Assembly: GCF_008831285.2 (NCBI RefSeq)
Contig: NC_045138.2
Coordinates: 27,218,001-27,282,000, forward strand
Direction of reading: 5' to 3'
DNA: 64,000 nucleotides
DNA from: Nymphaea colorata
Taxonomy: Eukaryota
A program made the position numbers and the translations under genes. A model generated the notes under the pieces. The model had not been told where the DNA came from. It worked only from the letters and a program-made list of their open reading frames with translations, and made no database searches. Each line of letters starts with the position of its first letter. Position 1 is the stretch's first letter. Of the stretch, positions 12,872-26,078 are shown one piece after another.

Positions 12872-14600
12872 TGAACTTATGGGAGAAAGTGTTCAGTGTT
12901 TACATAATTCTTTTTTCTCTTCAATTTGTGTATATCGGATGGATGCAAAAGTCCATCGGATGTTCTTGCTTCTACTAATTCCATTTCAATGAAGCATCAT
13001 TCCTGCCATTGTTTTAGGCCTTGTTTCTGGTTGCCAATAAACTCATCAATGCTTGAATCAATAAAGAAGCAGCCTTTTGCCCTAAAATACAGGCTGAATC
13101 GACACCTTACCCTGCTGACTTCAGATGAACAGTGAACTAACATGTCTTAGACATTATCAGTGGAAAATGGGCGTATTCGGAGTCTATGATAGTCCAATAG
13201 ATGCTGTGTCTTATATCCTTTCTTATGACCAAAATCCTAGAAATGAAACTTTTCTTGTGAAATGGAACTTCTGTACCAAAGACCTGCCATTCTGAATCTT
13301 GCGTTTCTAGTTTCTAAACAACCTACGTCTGAGTGGTCACGGACACACTTCCTCCATTGGTGCGGTGGTGTCACTGTGAACAAACTACGGATCTTAGTGG
13401 TTTCCGGCCTATTTTCCACGCACTACTTGCTTATTCAATTGCCTATTCGTGATGGCAGGAGTCTAGTGGGCCTTGAATTGTTCCCTGGTCTAAGACCAAG
13501 GAAAGATTGTCCCATGGGGACCTGTGACCTTTTCCAAGGTCACTTTTTTGCAACGAGTATGTGGGGGAAACTGTTTGCCAGCTTCTTGGGCATCGAAGCT
13601 GCAGTAAAAGGCTGCATGAGTGTTTGTATGGTGATCTTAAGACCACTTTAGTTGTTCATTCTGTAACAGAGAGTGCTTTATAGCTTTTTCGAGATCCCGT
13701 TTAGTGTCTTTGTTCGCACCCAGCTTTCTCTAATGTAAATAACTCTTCTGAATCCAGGCCAGTTGTAGCTTTACTACATCTGCACGTCAATGGTCGAGTT
13801 TAATGGTGCAGAGGACCCGTCTCTCTCTCTGTCTTCTCTCTCTCCCCCCCACTCCTGAATCACTGTGTAATCTCCTTGTTACCTCTCGCTTTTCTCCTCC
13901 TGGTTAAGTTTGCTATGGAGAGATTTAATGCTTGTAACTTCAGATCATGGCTGGACATGGGAGCAACATGGCAGCATTACTGACTCGATTTCAGCGTGAA
14001 CTTAGTATAATTTAAAGGCTAACGGCTCTGCATCTGTGCTAAAATATTCCTCTCAGTTGTCAGATCGCCCCTGATACCTTAACAGTAAAAGACGCTGAAC
14101 TTTGAGAGAGAGTGTGTGATGTCGACGAAGCGACAGATCCAACAAAGTGCTAAAACAATCTAGACATTGCAGGCAATGGCAGGTGACAGCTAACAAATTT
14201 TGGACCCAGTTGCTTCAGTATTGCAGACTCTGAATCTCGCCCTTGTCTCCAGACCCTTTCATCACATGGGCTGCCTTCTTCACTGTAAAAGATACTAAGT
14301 CTCATTGTTGTCAGCACTGCTCCATTATTAAGGGGGACCCTGTTTCTAAATGGGCAGGCTTCGGCCCGACCTTTCTCTCTTCCATAACAGACCAGGATGA
14401 TGCCGAATTACAGCTACCAGTTGTATGCCAAGAGGTGATCTGCTGTATTGAACTCTTATCTCACTTGCCCATTTATGAAGTTTCATGGGTTTAATCTGGC
14501 AAAGATTTGATGAACTCTGCTTTGAGAGCATCAAATTCCCAAGGGTGTGTTTGCCAAAATGGCGTTTGTAGAGAACGAGCCTGTAGAGAAAACCTAGTTT

Positions 14601-15027
14601 TAGGTTGCATTTGGATGAATCCCTTGAAAAAATGGTTTTTGTCAAAGCTCGGTTTTGTTTAAAAGGGCATGAATAACCTAGTTTCCTGAGGTTGTGTTTG
14701 ATAACCTCAGATCTTAGATCTGAGGCTGCATTAAAAAGTATGTTTTGGAAGATCTTCAGTTTAAACAGTATCATGGATTTTAAATCCATGCTACATGTTA
14801 AAAACCGTGGATTTAAGGTCGGATGGAGGAAATGGTGGTTCCGACCTTAAATCCATGGAGATCCCCAATGAAACAAACACAAGCTAAAAGCTTTTCACAA
14901 AAAACACCGTGTCAGTCTCATTATTCACACATAAACCTTCAAAAGTTGGTTTAAAACCAAATTTTCAGGAAACCCGGTTTTCATAAAACGACGTTTTTGA
15001 CGGAAGGTGTCATCCAAATACAACCTA
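14601..15027. mobile_element. Tourist-like (PIF/Harbinger) MITE carrying a nested second MITE
   Basis: Terminal inverted repeats (TIRs) taggttgcatttggatg (14601-14617) / catccaaatacaaccta (15011-15027), with TTA/TAA-type flanks. Confidence 0.7.
14690..14884. mobile_element. Tourist-like MITE (GGTTGTGTTTG...CAAACACAA family), nested
   Basis: TIR ggttgtgtttg / caaacacaagc. Its internal tggattttaaatccatgctacatgttaaaaacc is shared with the copy at 47192-47403. Confidence 0.75.
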
Positions 15028-15334
15028 AATGTATTTCTACCAACAACGCCGGAAAAATCTTCTAATATCCTCCAAGTTGTGGGCTGTTTCTAGCAGCAGC
15101 ATGGAATGAAATGGCTGCCCATGTGTTCCTGGTTGAGAATATGGAAGTGGGTAGCCGATGGCTGTTCATGGAACGGGCCGGTCATCAACTGCTTAGCTGT
15201 TAGTTGGCCTGGCTAAGCCTTGGCTTGCGAACCAGCCCATTACCAGCTAGCCAACCCATGGTCAACCGGTTGTGCCAATGGGCCTAATCGGACCCCGTCC
15301 GACCTGCTATTATACATGAAAAATGACATATGGT

Positions 15335-15725
15335 TAGGGGTGAACACGAGCCGAGTCGAGCCCGAGTTCAGTCAGCTCGAACTCTGCTCAACTAATGAAA
15401 CCTCGAAATCGAGAATAGCTCGATGGAAGCAACTCGACTCTGCAGTTACTTGTTGAGCTCGAACTCAACTCGATTAAGGCTCGACAAACTCGTTTGCATA
15501 GAATTGATATTCATCGTTACGTGTTGAGCTCGAGCTCAACTCAATTAAAGCTCGAGAGGTTCGACAAACTCGATTAAGGCTCAAGTTCGACTTGGCATTT
15601 ACGTGTTGAGCTCGAACTCAACTCGATTACTTAAATGAGTCGATGCATGAACTCGAGCTCAACTTGTTAAGCAAATGACTCGGCTCGAACTTGTTTACAA
15701 GCCGACCTTTAACGAGTCTAGCATA
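15335..15725. mobile_element. hAT-type MITE (GAGCTCG-rich), right TIR eroded
   Basis: Starts taggggtgaacacgagccgagtcgagcccgag, like 45825. 8-bp direct repeat catatggt at 15327-15334 and 15726-15733. Confidence 0.8.
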
Positions 15726-17143
15726 CATATGGTCAGACAAGTCGTGAGTTGTGGATTTTTTTCTTGGCCATTTGTTCTGGTACGATCTTTCGATTGATTA
15801 AGTACTCGAAACCTGTTCATATTGTTATCAATTACATCTAACTTTTTCCGTGGTTAACTAGAAAGATCCATAAGAATTTTCATTCAAGTAATTATTGAAG
15901 TTGTTATTTTTATCCTCTAAAAATAACATGAAAAATTATTCCTATCTTTGTCAATGCATCAAGATTTGACTTAATAACTTTCTAACACTAATGAAAAGAT
16001 AACATTCATATAATTATTTTAGGTATTAATAGAGGAAAACAAACTAACTTAGACATAGCTAATCAATGCACTCATGTTATATTCATGTTATGATTCGGTG
16101 TAGTCAAACCTGTTAATGCAAACTAATAAACATGAAAGTGTGTTCTCATTGAAGGTACTATGTGTTTTTTGTGACACTACCCTTACCTGAAGTTAGTAAT
16201 AACCTAAGATTAATTCACAGAAGTTTGTTTTTTATTATTGGCATAAAAACTAGGTGTCATTTTCTATAATATGAGAAAAATAGGTGTACTTTTTAATATT
16301 GAAAACTCTTTGGGTGTGTTTTTGGAAAGTTTCCATGTTAAAGTTGACTATTTTTGTGTCAAAATTTTCTATTTAAGTATCCAATTAAGAATTCGATGGC
16401 CCTAGACCAGATTTTTTTAAAAAAAATTAATATACAAATTAAATCACATTGGTATAAAGTAAAGTGTAATGTACACATCTATGACTCTCAATTTGTTTTA
16501 AATACAAAATGCGTCGGGTCCCATATATATGTACATATGTTTCAAAAAAGGTCCTAAAGACCCGGTCTACATTATTTTTCATGAACCAAAACTGATCGTT
16601 GGTTGTTAAGCCATTACAAAATCTGATTCATACATCAAATTTCAATGACTTTTTAATTTGAATCTTATAAAATTGAGTCCGAGTCATATTAGTGCAAATA
16701 CTGCAGTAATACAAAGAAGGTATGACAAAAAATGCTCTAGAGTTGAATAATCCGTCTCAAGAATGCAAAAGAACGTATGACCATTCCAATTCTTATTCGT
16801 AACAAGCTTAATTTTTTCTTTTCATTTTTTTATTAGCAGTTCGAAAATTCTATAAATTCTAAGTGCCCACACTTTTTTTTATCCATCACTTTCATGATGT
16901 CACCCATGACATCTGGAAGGATGGTAGTCCATATGTTCTATACTTTTCTTCAGTCTACATACACACATACATGCATTCATGCATTGACATACAACACACA
17001 CCATATATATATATATATATGGTCCAGGTTGTCAGGACAGTGATATATATTTATATTTATATTTATATTTATGTATCATCCAGCTTGACACAACAGTGCG
17101 TTTAATCACACATGTTCGATACAATTTATGAGATGGGTGTGGT

Positions 17144-17283
17144 CAGGGGCGAAGGGAGGGGGTCGCTTGGGCCATGGCCTCGATGAGTTTAAAAAAAATA
17201 TATTGAAAAAATCAATTTTTTTTAGTTTGGTTCGATTCATCGCTCCTCTTGACTCGATCTGCAAATCGTTTAGACCGTTCCTA
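17144..17283. mobile_element. GC-rich-ended hAT-type MITE (CAGGGGCG...CGYTCCTA family)
   Basis: Termini caggggcg / cgttccta. Internal ggccatggcc...aaaaaaa.tattgaaaaaa resembles 52242-52411. TSD not preserved. Confidence 0.55.
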
Positions 17284-18762
17284 AAAAAAATCATATATAT
17301 ATATATATAGATAATAAGGTAGTACCGACTAATTTTTGGATTCTGATTTTATTCTTTCGCTGTTGGATTTGCATGATTTCCACAGGGCTTCTGTTGGCCG
17401 TCCCGAAAACTTTGTCCGCGTGAAAAGTCGGACTCCGTTTTTTCACAAAATTGCGTGACTGCCATTCACCGTTTGGCACAGACTGTGCCCCCCCAACGAC
17501 CCGGTCAACCGGCGGGTCAAGATTAAATTAGCAGCTTGTCCTTTCCAAAAGTTATTATGCGAGGACCCACCTATTCTTGTCATTATTTCACGCATGAGCT
17601 TTTCTTTTCTGAAATTTCCTTTTTGAGGAAGAAAATTTTTTTTTAATTGAGAGATTGAGACCGTTTCCCTCTCTTGGAATTTAGGACTGCTTCAGAATTT
17701 GCTTCAGAATTTGAGATGATCCTATTCTTTTTTGGAGTTTAAGACTGTTCCAAAATTTGAAATGATCATATGGTTAATCTCGTCATTTTAGTGTAGTATC
17801 TATTACAGTTTATAGTTCAAAGAAATGGTACCCACGTGAATTGAATTGATGACGGCTTTTTATTGGCCCATTAGTCCGACCAACAATGTTGCACTCTTAA
17901 TGATTCAGATTAATGATTCAGATAAAAACTGTCATGCATTAGATTCATTTTCAGATTGATACTGTTCAATGATTTTGTCCCGAAATGTAAAGTAGATTCA
18001 TGAAACATTGTATTACATGGCTTCATGAATCTACTCCAATATAGTTTAAGTAACCTACTTCACCCCACTTTTCGTATACGTTGAAAGACTTGTAGTTCAA
18101 TCGCTCGTATGATTTTTTTCATGTAAAGTTTGCCCAAATTTATTTAAAACGAGAAGCTTCCTCACAGTGATTTGGTACAACTGATGAACTTTCATTGTGA
18201 AACGTCCAAAGAGAAAATGTGGAGTTAGGTGGCTCGTCGGCAGGTTGCTAGCCAAAGGTTTTTAATTACGCTCGGCAAATGCCGCCCCCACATCAAATGC
18301 TAGCTAAAAGAAGCAGATTGGCGTTGTGAAAAAACTGAAATTCATATTGAATCTGTGAATTGAATAAAATCAGTAGCTCTTTATTTTGTTTTCACGATTC
18401 TTTACTTTAACCAAAGTAGGAAAGAATTCAAGTTTCAACCCGATGAAGCAAAGCTGGATGATGAGGTCAGGACGTATTGATCAAGCAATTTAGTGAGTCT
18501 TTGGTGGGTAATGGAGGATTGAGTAAATGATATGAGCCGGCAGAGCAGAACCAAGGGGTCCCTGGGCCCTCTTCAATTTTTTTTTTATTTGCATGTAAAT
18601 TTTAGAAAAAATTACTTATTGATTTTAAAAGATGATATCTCTACCTTTCAATGACCTTTTGATGAAGAAATTATTGAAGAACTTGAAATATAAAAGCTAT
18701 ATAGTGTATTCCAAACGACCACCATTGTTTAGGCTCCAGCACTATGTCAACACTGCAACAGT

Positions 18763-18809
<47 letters not shown>

Positions 18810-20333
18810 GTAGATAAATTAAGATTCAGAAGAGTCCTATCGGTTGATGATGCATCTGGAAAATTGAACACTTCATTTGTTCAACTGGAAATTTAGCAAC
18901 TATGATAGATACAGTATAAAGGTGTGGTTTAGGTTGGCCATGAAATTAATGGTCTACAACCAAGTTGCTAGATTTCGAACCTTCTACATGAAAATGAATC
19001 TATGTATGTTTTTTTTCTCAGGAAAAGTGGGGACTGTGCAGGCTGAATTTGAAGTCCAGACATTTACTATGTCAATAGGCATGTGCCTTCAGAAACTGAG
19101 AACTTTTGACCTGGATGAACGCTTTTCAGTCGCACCTTTTAGGCAACCAGATAACTCTCTTCTTGGCAAGAATATGAACAGTTGCTGCACAAAAACTGTT
19201 AGAAAACATATAACAGGTTATTCCAAGTTAAAACGGTTTGGGAGAAGGAAAATGAAAATTTTGGATGAAAATCAGTTTTAGAGGTTAAATGGTACCAGCA
19301 TCCCCAAGCATGTGATTTTCCTGCAAGAGTTTGGGATATCTGATATGAAAGCCTCCATTTATTTTGGAGTTTTTTTTCCTCCGCATAGTGTACAGAATGA
19401 GACCATATTTGATATGGAATTGGAAGTTTTCGAGTATTTCCAAGCATGAACTTCCTTGTTTTAAAATGTTTCTTACTGCAGAGGCAGTGATCTGTATGCC
19501 CCACTTGACAAGCACCAAGGATCTTCTGCTTAAATAAAAGCAACCAAGAGAGGACCCAGTCCAACCTCACATGCAAGTTGTACCGCAGTAATCTTAAAAA
19601 CTAATTTTTTTAATTTCTTTTTTTTTTTAAAACAAAGAACCCAGTGTATGATTTTCATGGCCTAAAAAACTTAAAATTTGGCTGCCGAATCATTTTAGTT
19701 GGATGTGGATTAATTCTTACAAGAAAACGGGAAAATTTTGGTATATATTCAATTATATACTGCAACTGTATTTTATTTTAGTAACAAACCATCAATTTTA
19801 CGTACTTGCAGATGAATTCATTGCAGCAAATTAGAAAAACCAAGTTTTATTTTGGTATGCAGCCAAGAAATTTGTGTGATTCCATTGAATCGTTCTTAAT
19901 TCCCGTCCGTGTTGTTTCCGAGCAGGCATGGCCATACACTTCCCACCTTTGACTCCGTCTTTTCTTCAGCATAAGCAAAATGACAGAACCACCCATAGAC
20001 GAAAATGACAAATTGACCACCCTGAATTTGGTTTTCGTCTATGTGTTAGCTGATTAGCTTTTGCTCTGGGGAGCAAGTGGCATCCACTGTTCCATGTTCA
20101 ACGCCCAAAAAAAAACTAGTTTTAGCCATTAACTGATGGCTCAATTAAATGCTACACGTACTCCAGAAGTTGGCATCTACCCCTAAGCAAGTTAATAAAA
20201 ACCAGGGTCTCAACTGATCATTGGTATATGTTTGGCTTCTTTCTTCTCCTCTCCGATGAGAAGGCCACCATTTTCTTCCTTCGATTTATAGGGTGCCCAC
20301 AAAAAATTGGAGGTAAGAAATTTTTGGGTTCTC

Positions 20334-20669
20334 ATGGAGGATTACAGATCAAGGTCATACGCAGATGGCAGGATGGAGATAGAGGTGTATGACAGGAGCT
20401 ACCCTTCTGGAATGCATGATATGAGGAGCTACAGCGCATCGTATGCACCTCAACCATATCCCAGAGAGGTGAAGGCGAAGAAGATGAAGAATCAGGGAGG
20501 TGGGGCTTCATCGGGCAGTTGGGGCTTCAATGACCCAGAGTTCCAAAGGAAGACGAGGGTTGCTAGTTACAAAATGTATAGTGTTGAGGGGAAGGTAAAG
20601 GGGTCTTTTAGAAAGAGTTTTAGATGGCTCAAGGATAGGTACACCAGGATCGTGTATGGATGGTGGTGA
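20334..20669 (+). CDS. DUF3511 family protein (111 aa), single exon
   Basis: MEDYRSRSYADGRMEIE...DMRSYSASY...WGFNDPEFQRKTRVASYKMYSVEGKVKGSFRKSFRWLKDRY...YGWW matches the characteristic DUF3511 C-terminal motif. First ATG at 20334. Confidence 0.92.
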   Translation: MEDYRSRSYADGRMEIEVYDRSYPSGMHDMRSYSASYAPQPYPREVKAKKMKNQGGGASSGSWGFNDPEFQRKTRVASYKMYSVEGKVKGSFRKSFRWLKDRYTRIVYGWW

Positions 20670-23650
20670 GAGGTACATGATCATCATATACATGTAGCCA
20701 TCATCATCTGGAGTTGACCATCTAATGCCCGGGGGCGAGGGGTATGTATGATGAACGGTTTTTGCCGATGCTGAATTCTGGGTATGGCTTACTTTGTCTG
20801 TTTACAACCTAGATAGATGTGATCTGAATCAACAAAATATGGGTCTTTCAGTTTTGAGAGGCATCATGTTGTAACCTCTTTCTCTTCTCTTGGCGATGTT
20901 CCATACAAAGATGGGCTATGCAACTCTATGGTCTTCAGCTTCACGAGTCAAAAGAAATTTCATGTTGCTGATTGATTTGGTTGTTTAGATATAAAGGCTT
21001 GCTTCTCTGTTTCCTTTTCTCCCATGTCGCCTGCTTTTCTGTTTTGTTTTAGCACTTTTTCCCTTGTTATGTGGGTGTGGTGAAGAATGAGGCTTCTGGA
21101 TGTGCTGAGGGGAAAACCCTCTTTCTTCGCTGTAGATGTTGCCCTGCGGAAGCCATCTTCTGTCCTTTGATGTTCAATTTGTTAATTTAGTGGTTATGGT
21201 TCTTAAGATATGCCCTCCAAATATCTGAGGTTGTGTTTTCCTTACAATAATGTACTTGGTTCTTTGTTGACCTTGAGCTATCATTATGATATTCTTGAAG
21301 CTTCATGGTAGTGGCAGCAGACCGGATTCTGATTCAATTTTCTGGCGGCAATCGTGTTTAGTTCCTGATGTTAACTTATTCTCAGCTAGTATTGTTCGTG
21401 AAAAGGGGCGATTTTGGTTTCAATAATGGATCTTCGTACTAAAATTGAAGTGCTAGAGATAAAATATGTGAAAGGAGATCAAGAAATCACATGGGACATT
21501 ATTAGATTAGGATTTTGAGAGGGTGAGAGCCAGGGCTTATGGTTCAAGTTCCTAGATTTGTCTGTCCCATATCATGACTCAACATGTTTTTGAAGTACTT
21601 ACAATTTACTGAACTCATCGCAGAACCTGAGGATATGTTCTGTTTTATTTGCCATTGTACGGAGAAGTGCTTCTTTCCTTATTTGAGTACTCTTCATTCC
21701 TCCACTATTAGGCTACCTTGAGGAATAACATCAAACTATGGCCAAGAACATATTCTTTTGATTGTGCTGAATCTGACATAATTTGCTTTCAGATCCTATT
21801 TTTCATGGAAACAGGACATGAGGTTGCCTAATGGAACCTTGGTATTTGTTAAAAAATAGTTTAGAAGATACAGGAAATGGTCTCATAGCAACTATACCTT
21901 TGTTATTGCCCACCCTAATTTTGTATACCGTTTGCTTTTCTAAATTACAGTAGCAAGTCATTGGCAATCATTAAGGAGTAAGTCTCCACACCGGTGCAGA
22001 GTCCTCCTCCTTGTACCTTTTGCAACTAGCGCTTTTGCTAGTTTTAACTCTTCAAGAAACAATTTTTGTGGATTGGTAATTGATATTTATGATGCATAAA
22101 TTTTCTCATATATCATAGTTTTAGTTTAAAGAACTTATGCTGCAACATGCACGTTTTCCCTGTTCTTCCCTGGCAAGCTAGTTCAGTTCCTTGGTAATGA
22201 AATGGGCAGCACATGTTACTGTTAGAATCTAATAGGCAGCACTATACTCTTATGCAAGTGAAGTTTTCTGATTTGAGGTTAGCAAGCAAACTGCCTCTTT
22301 CGTCTCCTCCTAAGAATTTTGGATGAAATGGCTAAATTTTTCTAACTCAATATGCTTCCATGGTGTTGTAGGATGTGATTCTTTTAGATTGTGAAAATGT
22401 GCTAAATGCATTACTTGCAAGATTGTTGACCTTGATAATTGAGATACTAGAGCACTGGGCTTGATCATATTATGCTTCAATCAACTGCTAATTATCAAGG
22501 GTAAAATAGAGCCAGATTAATCCATAGGTGAAGATTTTAATACTTTCTATAGTCCTCATTTCCGAATACCTTGCGTAGGCTAATTACCTCTGCTGGTGAC
22601 CTTGCAATTTTTTTAGTATGCTTGGGATAATAACTAGATTGGTGGTCTTTCATTCAGCTCCATTGATCCCTTACCTTCTTTGAGTCACAAACCATTGAGA
22701 AGTCTTGGGCATCAAGGTCAGTCATGGCATGTTTGAACTTGTTGATCTGTTTGTGTATCTGTGTGGACTAGATTTACGAAGAATTAAGAGATCAAATGTT
22801 TGACAAAAGTAACTAGGGCATGACAGACTTATGTTTTCACCTGATTGTGTTTTTCTTCCTTTTATTCAAAAGAAAGCATCCATCTGAATCAATTGTTTCT
22901 TCTCAGTTTGGTAGCACAGCAATGCTTCAATTTTGCTACCATGCTTGTGTTTTACTTCATTTTTTTGTCCTCTCCCAACTTTTTGTAAGAATATGGTCAT
23001 TTTCATGCTTGCTTTCACGTTCACCTATTCGATTCTTTGGTTCCTGCCTATTTATGCGTGTACGTGATTATCTTGGATTTTCGCCGTTTCATCTATCCTT
23101 TTTAGTGAATAGAATCTTCTATGTCCTCTAACTGTTGAAAAATGCTACCATCAGTCATATCGATTGTGCTTCAGTGCAAGCACCACGAAGGCGCTGAACC
23201 ACTTTCCCAAACTACCATAATTTTGTATCTGAAATTCCTTCTGTATTGTAAGTGATTGCCGTTTTTTTATCATTTCCATCTCTCTGTCTTTGTATACCTT
23301 TTTCTTTCGAAACTGCATCCTTTTTGTACTTTCTAAGCATGAAAAAACAAACATAATGCAACATACAGCCATTTGTGCCCGCTTCTGGAAGTGCGGATAC
23401 AAGTTAAGTTATCATCCACATGAATGATTTAGTGGCTTTAGGTATTGACGTGGTGCATAGAGAAAGTAAGGGAAATAACCAGTCAATTGAAAAGACCAAG
23501 TGATTGGACACCCCACTTGCCATAAATCTTACGACAGGTTCCGTTGGCATTGTTGTGGCTGCATAAGCACAGCTTGGTTGGCAGCTGATATTCAATGGTG
23601 GTGGTCACGTAGGACGTTATTGAATTGGTCACCCTAATTATTTTGCCTAA

Positions 23651-23960
23651 GGTCTGTTTGGTTGAAAGGAAAGGAAGGGATTGAGCAATTTTTCCTGTGT
23701 TTGGTTGACTAATTAGAAAGGAGGAAAAGAAAGAAAATCTGTTTGGATGGGAGGGGAGGAAAAGGAAATGAAAGGAATGGATTGTATAGTGTAAATCCAA
23801 TCCCTCTCAAATCGGACGGATTGGGAGGGAAAGGAAACGGAGTAAGTGCAAAAGTGTTGACTGCCTACAATACCCCTCCACGTTTTTTTTCTCTGCCTAC
23901 CTCCCAATCTTTTGACTATTGAAGGTATTATTATAAATTGTATCGTTTCCTTTCCATTCT
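23651..23960. mobile_element. Tourist-like MITE fragment (GGAAA-rich)
   Basis: Begins taa-ggtctgtttggttgaaaggaaaggaaggg with repeated ggaaa/tttcc motifs. The right end is not clearly resolved. Confidence 0.4.
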
Positions 23961-24329
23961 ATTTAATTTTTCTCAATTTTTTTTTCTTTCTTTAAAAAAA
24001 ATGAACTTAGAGAATTAGGAACTTAGGGTTATAGGTTAGGTTTTCTTTTCCTCTTTTCGTTTCATTAAGAAATTTCATCGCCGCGAGCTCGAGACTGCCT
24101 CCTCTAGTCTTCCTCATTAGCCGTCGCCCCTTGGCTGCCTCCTCCGGTCCTCCCGTCGGTCGCCACCATCGCACAGCTGTTCTACTTGCTTCATCGTCGG
24201 TTGTATCGAGTGTTCCTCCAGAGGACTACTTTCTACTGGTTGGTGTTGTTCTTGTTTTTGTTATTCTATTAAGTGCACATGGTTTACGTTCGTGCTCATT
24301 TTTTGAGTGAGCTAGAGGTTAACAAGTAG

Positions 24330-24650
24330 CAACCCGCCTCAAAGCCCGGCCCAGTCCGCCCGACCCGTTAATAATCGGGCCGGGCCGGGCCTCGGGCATA
24401 AACCAAAGCCCGAGGCCCGATATTACATGGGCCCGGCCCGTTTAAAAACGGGCCGAGCCTCGGCCAGCCCGTTTTGAATGTCGGGCTTTGATTTTTTCAT
24501 TTTTAACGAGCCGGGCCTCGGGCCAACCCATTTTGAATGCCGGGCTTTGATTTTTTCATTTTTAACAGGTCGGGCCGGGCCGATGCCCAGCTTTAAGTGC
24601 AATTGCTTGCGGGCCGGGCCGATGCCCAGCTTTAAGTGCAATTGCTTGCA
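24330..24650. mobile_element. GGGCC-rich MITE remnant with internal tandem duplications
   Basis: Dense cgggcc/ggcccg motifs. Exact 39-bp tandem repeat at 24571-24609/24610-24648, plus a ~59-bp-period duplication of ttttgaatg.cgggctttgattttttcatttttaac. Confidence 0.7.
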
Positions 24651-26078
24651 GACCAACTGAATAAGAATTTGATGCAGGTCCGTCGTTTAATCTTTGTGGG
24701 CTAACTTCAAGAATAAACCGAGTGCTTCGCCTTGGATGACAAAATACCACAGAAGTTATTGCATTTGCTAGTTCCCGTCGTCGAATCAAATCGGTGTAGG
24801 AAGTTTATTTTGTGAAGCCGTGTAAAAGAGTTCACGTCATACATGTTAAATTTTCATTTTTTCATAATGTCTTAAACTTGTTGGCTTTAACGTATTTCAT
24901 TTTTTATACGAACACGGCAAGATCCTTTGCATTCACAACCTATTCAAATGAGGTCACAAAATCGTCGAATTCACTCAATTAACGCCTTGGCCGGTCAGAT
25001 TTACCTTCCAATTTCACAACTGTTCATTACTCAGTTTGAGTTTAAAACCCTGTTTGGGTGGCAAGTGGGCAGTTAAAAAAAGGCATATAATGGAAAGAAA
25101 GTTGTGTCTCCCTATCCCAGTCAGCCTTCCCGTTCAAGGATCAACCTCAATTCACAAATAAGAAGGGGAAAAAGACATGAGACATGCATTTCAAGTTTTA
25201 GCATTTTAAGATGGCCACAGTAGGCCTCCAGTTGGCAGTTTCAAAAGAACAACTTAAAGATTTAGAACTGCTAGAACCCATTCTTTGTTCCCATTAAATG
25301 GAAGTTCACCTTTTCCAATCAAAAACGGATCTATTGAAACAAATATGTATTTTATCTGGAATTGACTTGTGTAGATGAGCAATGTCATGCAGTCGACTCG
25401 TTGATGAAACCCATTTCAAACACCCATCAACGTATTTCAAATACCTTAGGCGAAGGATACTCAATGAGCACACCCACCAAAATTTCCAGATATTAGACAT
25501 ACATGGTTTAGTTACAAAGTGCCTAGAAGCAGAAGGAAACTAATTCAGAACCTTCTAGAAAACTGAACCATCTAAAATCAGCAGGATCAAAGGGGTTTTA
25601 CAAGGACAGAGAAGAGACAGCATGGTAAATATGCATCTCAATGTGGTGCAGTCCACTACATTTAAAAGCTGGTCTCATGGAGACAGTAGCGCATATGTAT
25701 GCAAGAGTTAACCTTTATAAACATGTGCAAGAGAGATATATCTACAGGATGTAGTTGTGCAAAGCAACCACCACCAAACAAAAAAAGTGACAGGAAACAT
25801 CAGCATGTGATGTAACAACATGCAGTGCCTTTGATGTAGCTTTTCTAAGCAGAATCTCACCTGGTGTATGATGATTTCTTTTGCTACTGAATCGTGCAAA
25901 AATTTATCTGTATCACACTGTAACACTCAAATGGTTGACACAGTAGGAGCATGCCACCTCAATGCCTACGAATGGTAGCCAGCAATGCAGGAACCAGTTC
26001 AGCGCTGTGCCCCTTCCATCCACTTTGCAGAGAGAATTTCAGGTTTCAAAACACCTTTAAGCCTTTCCAACATTTGAA

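Noticed and set aside
20307..20333. Longer N-terminus for the DUF3511 ORF
   Set aside because: It depends on a TTG start; the family-typical MEDYRS begins at ATG 20334.
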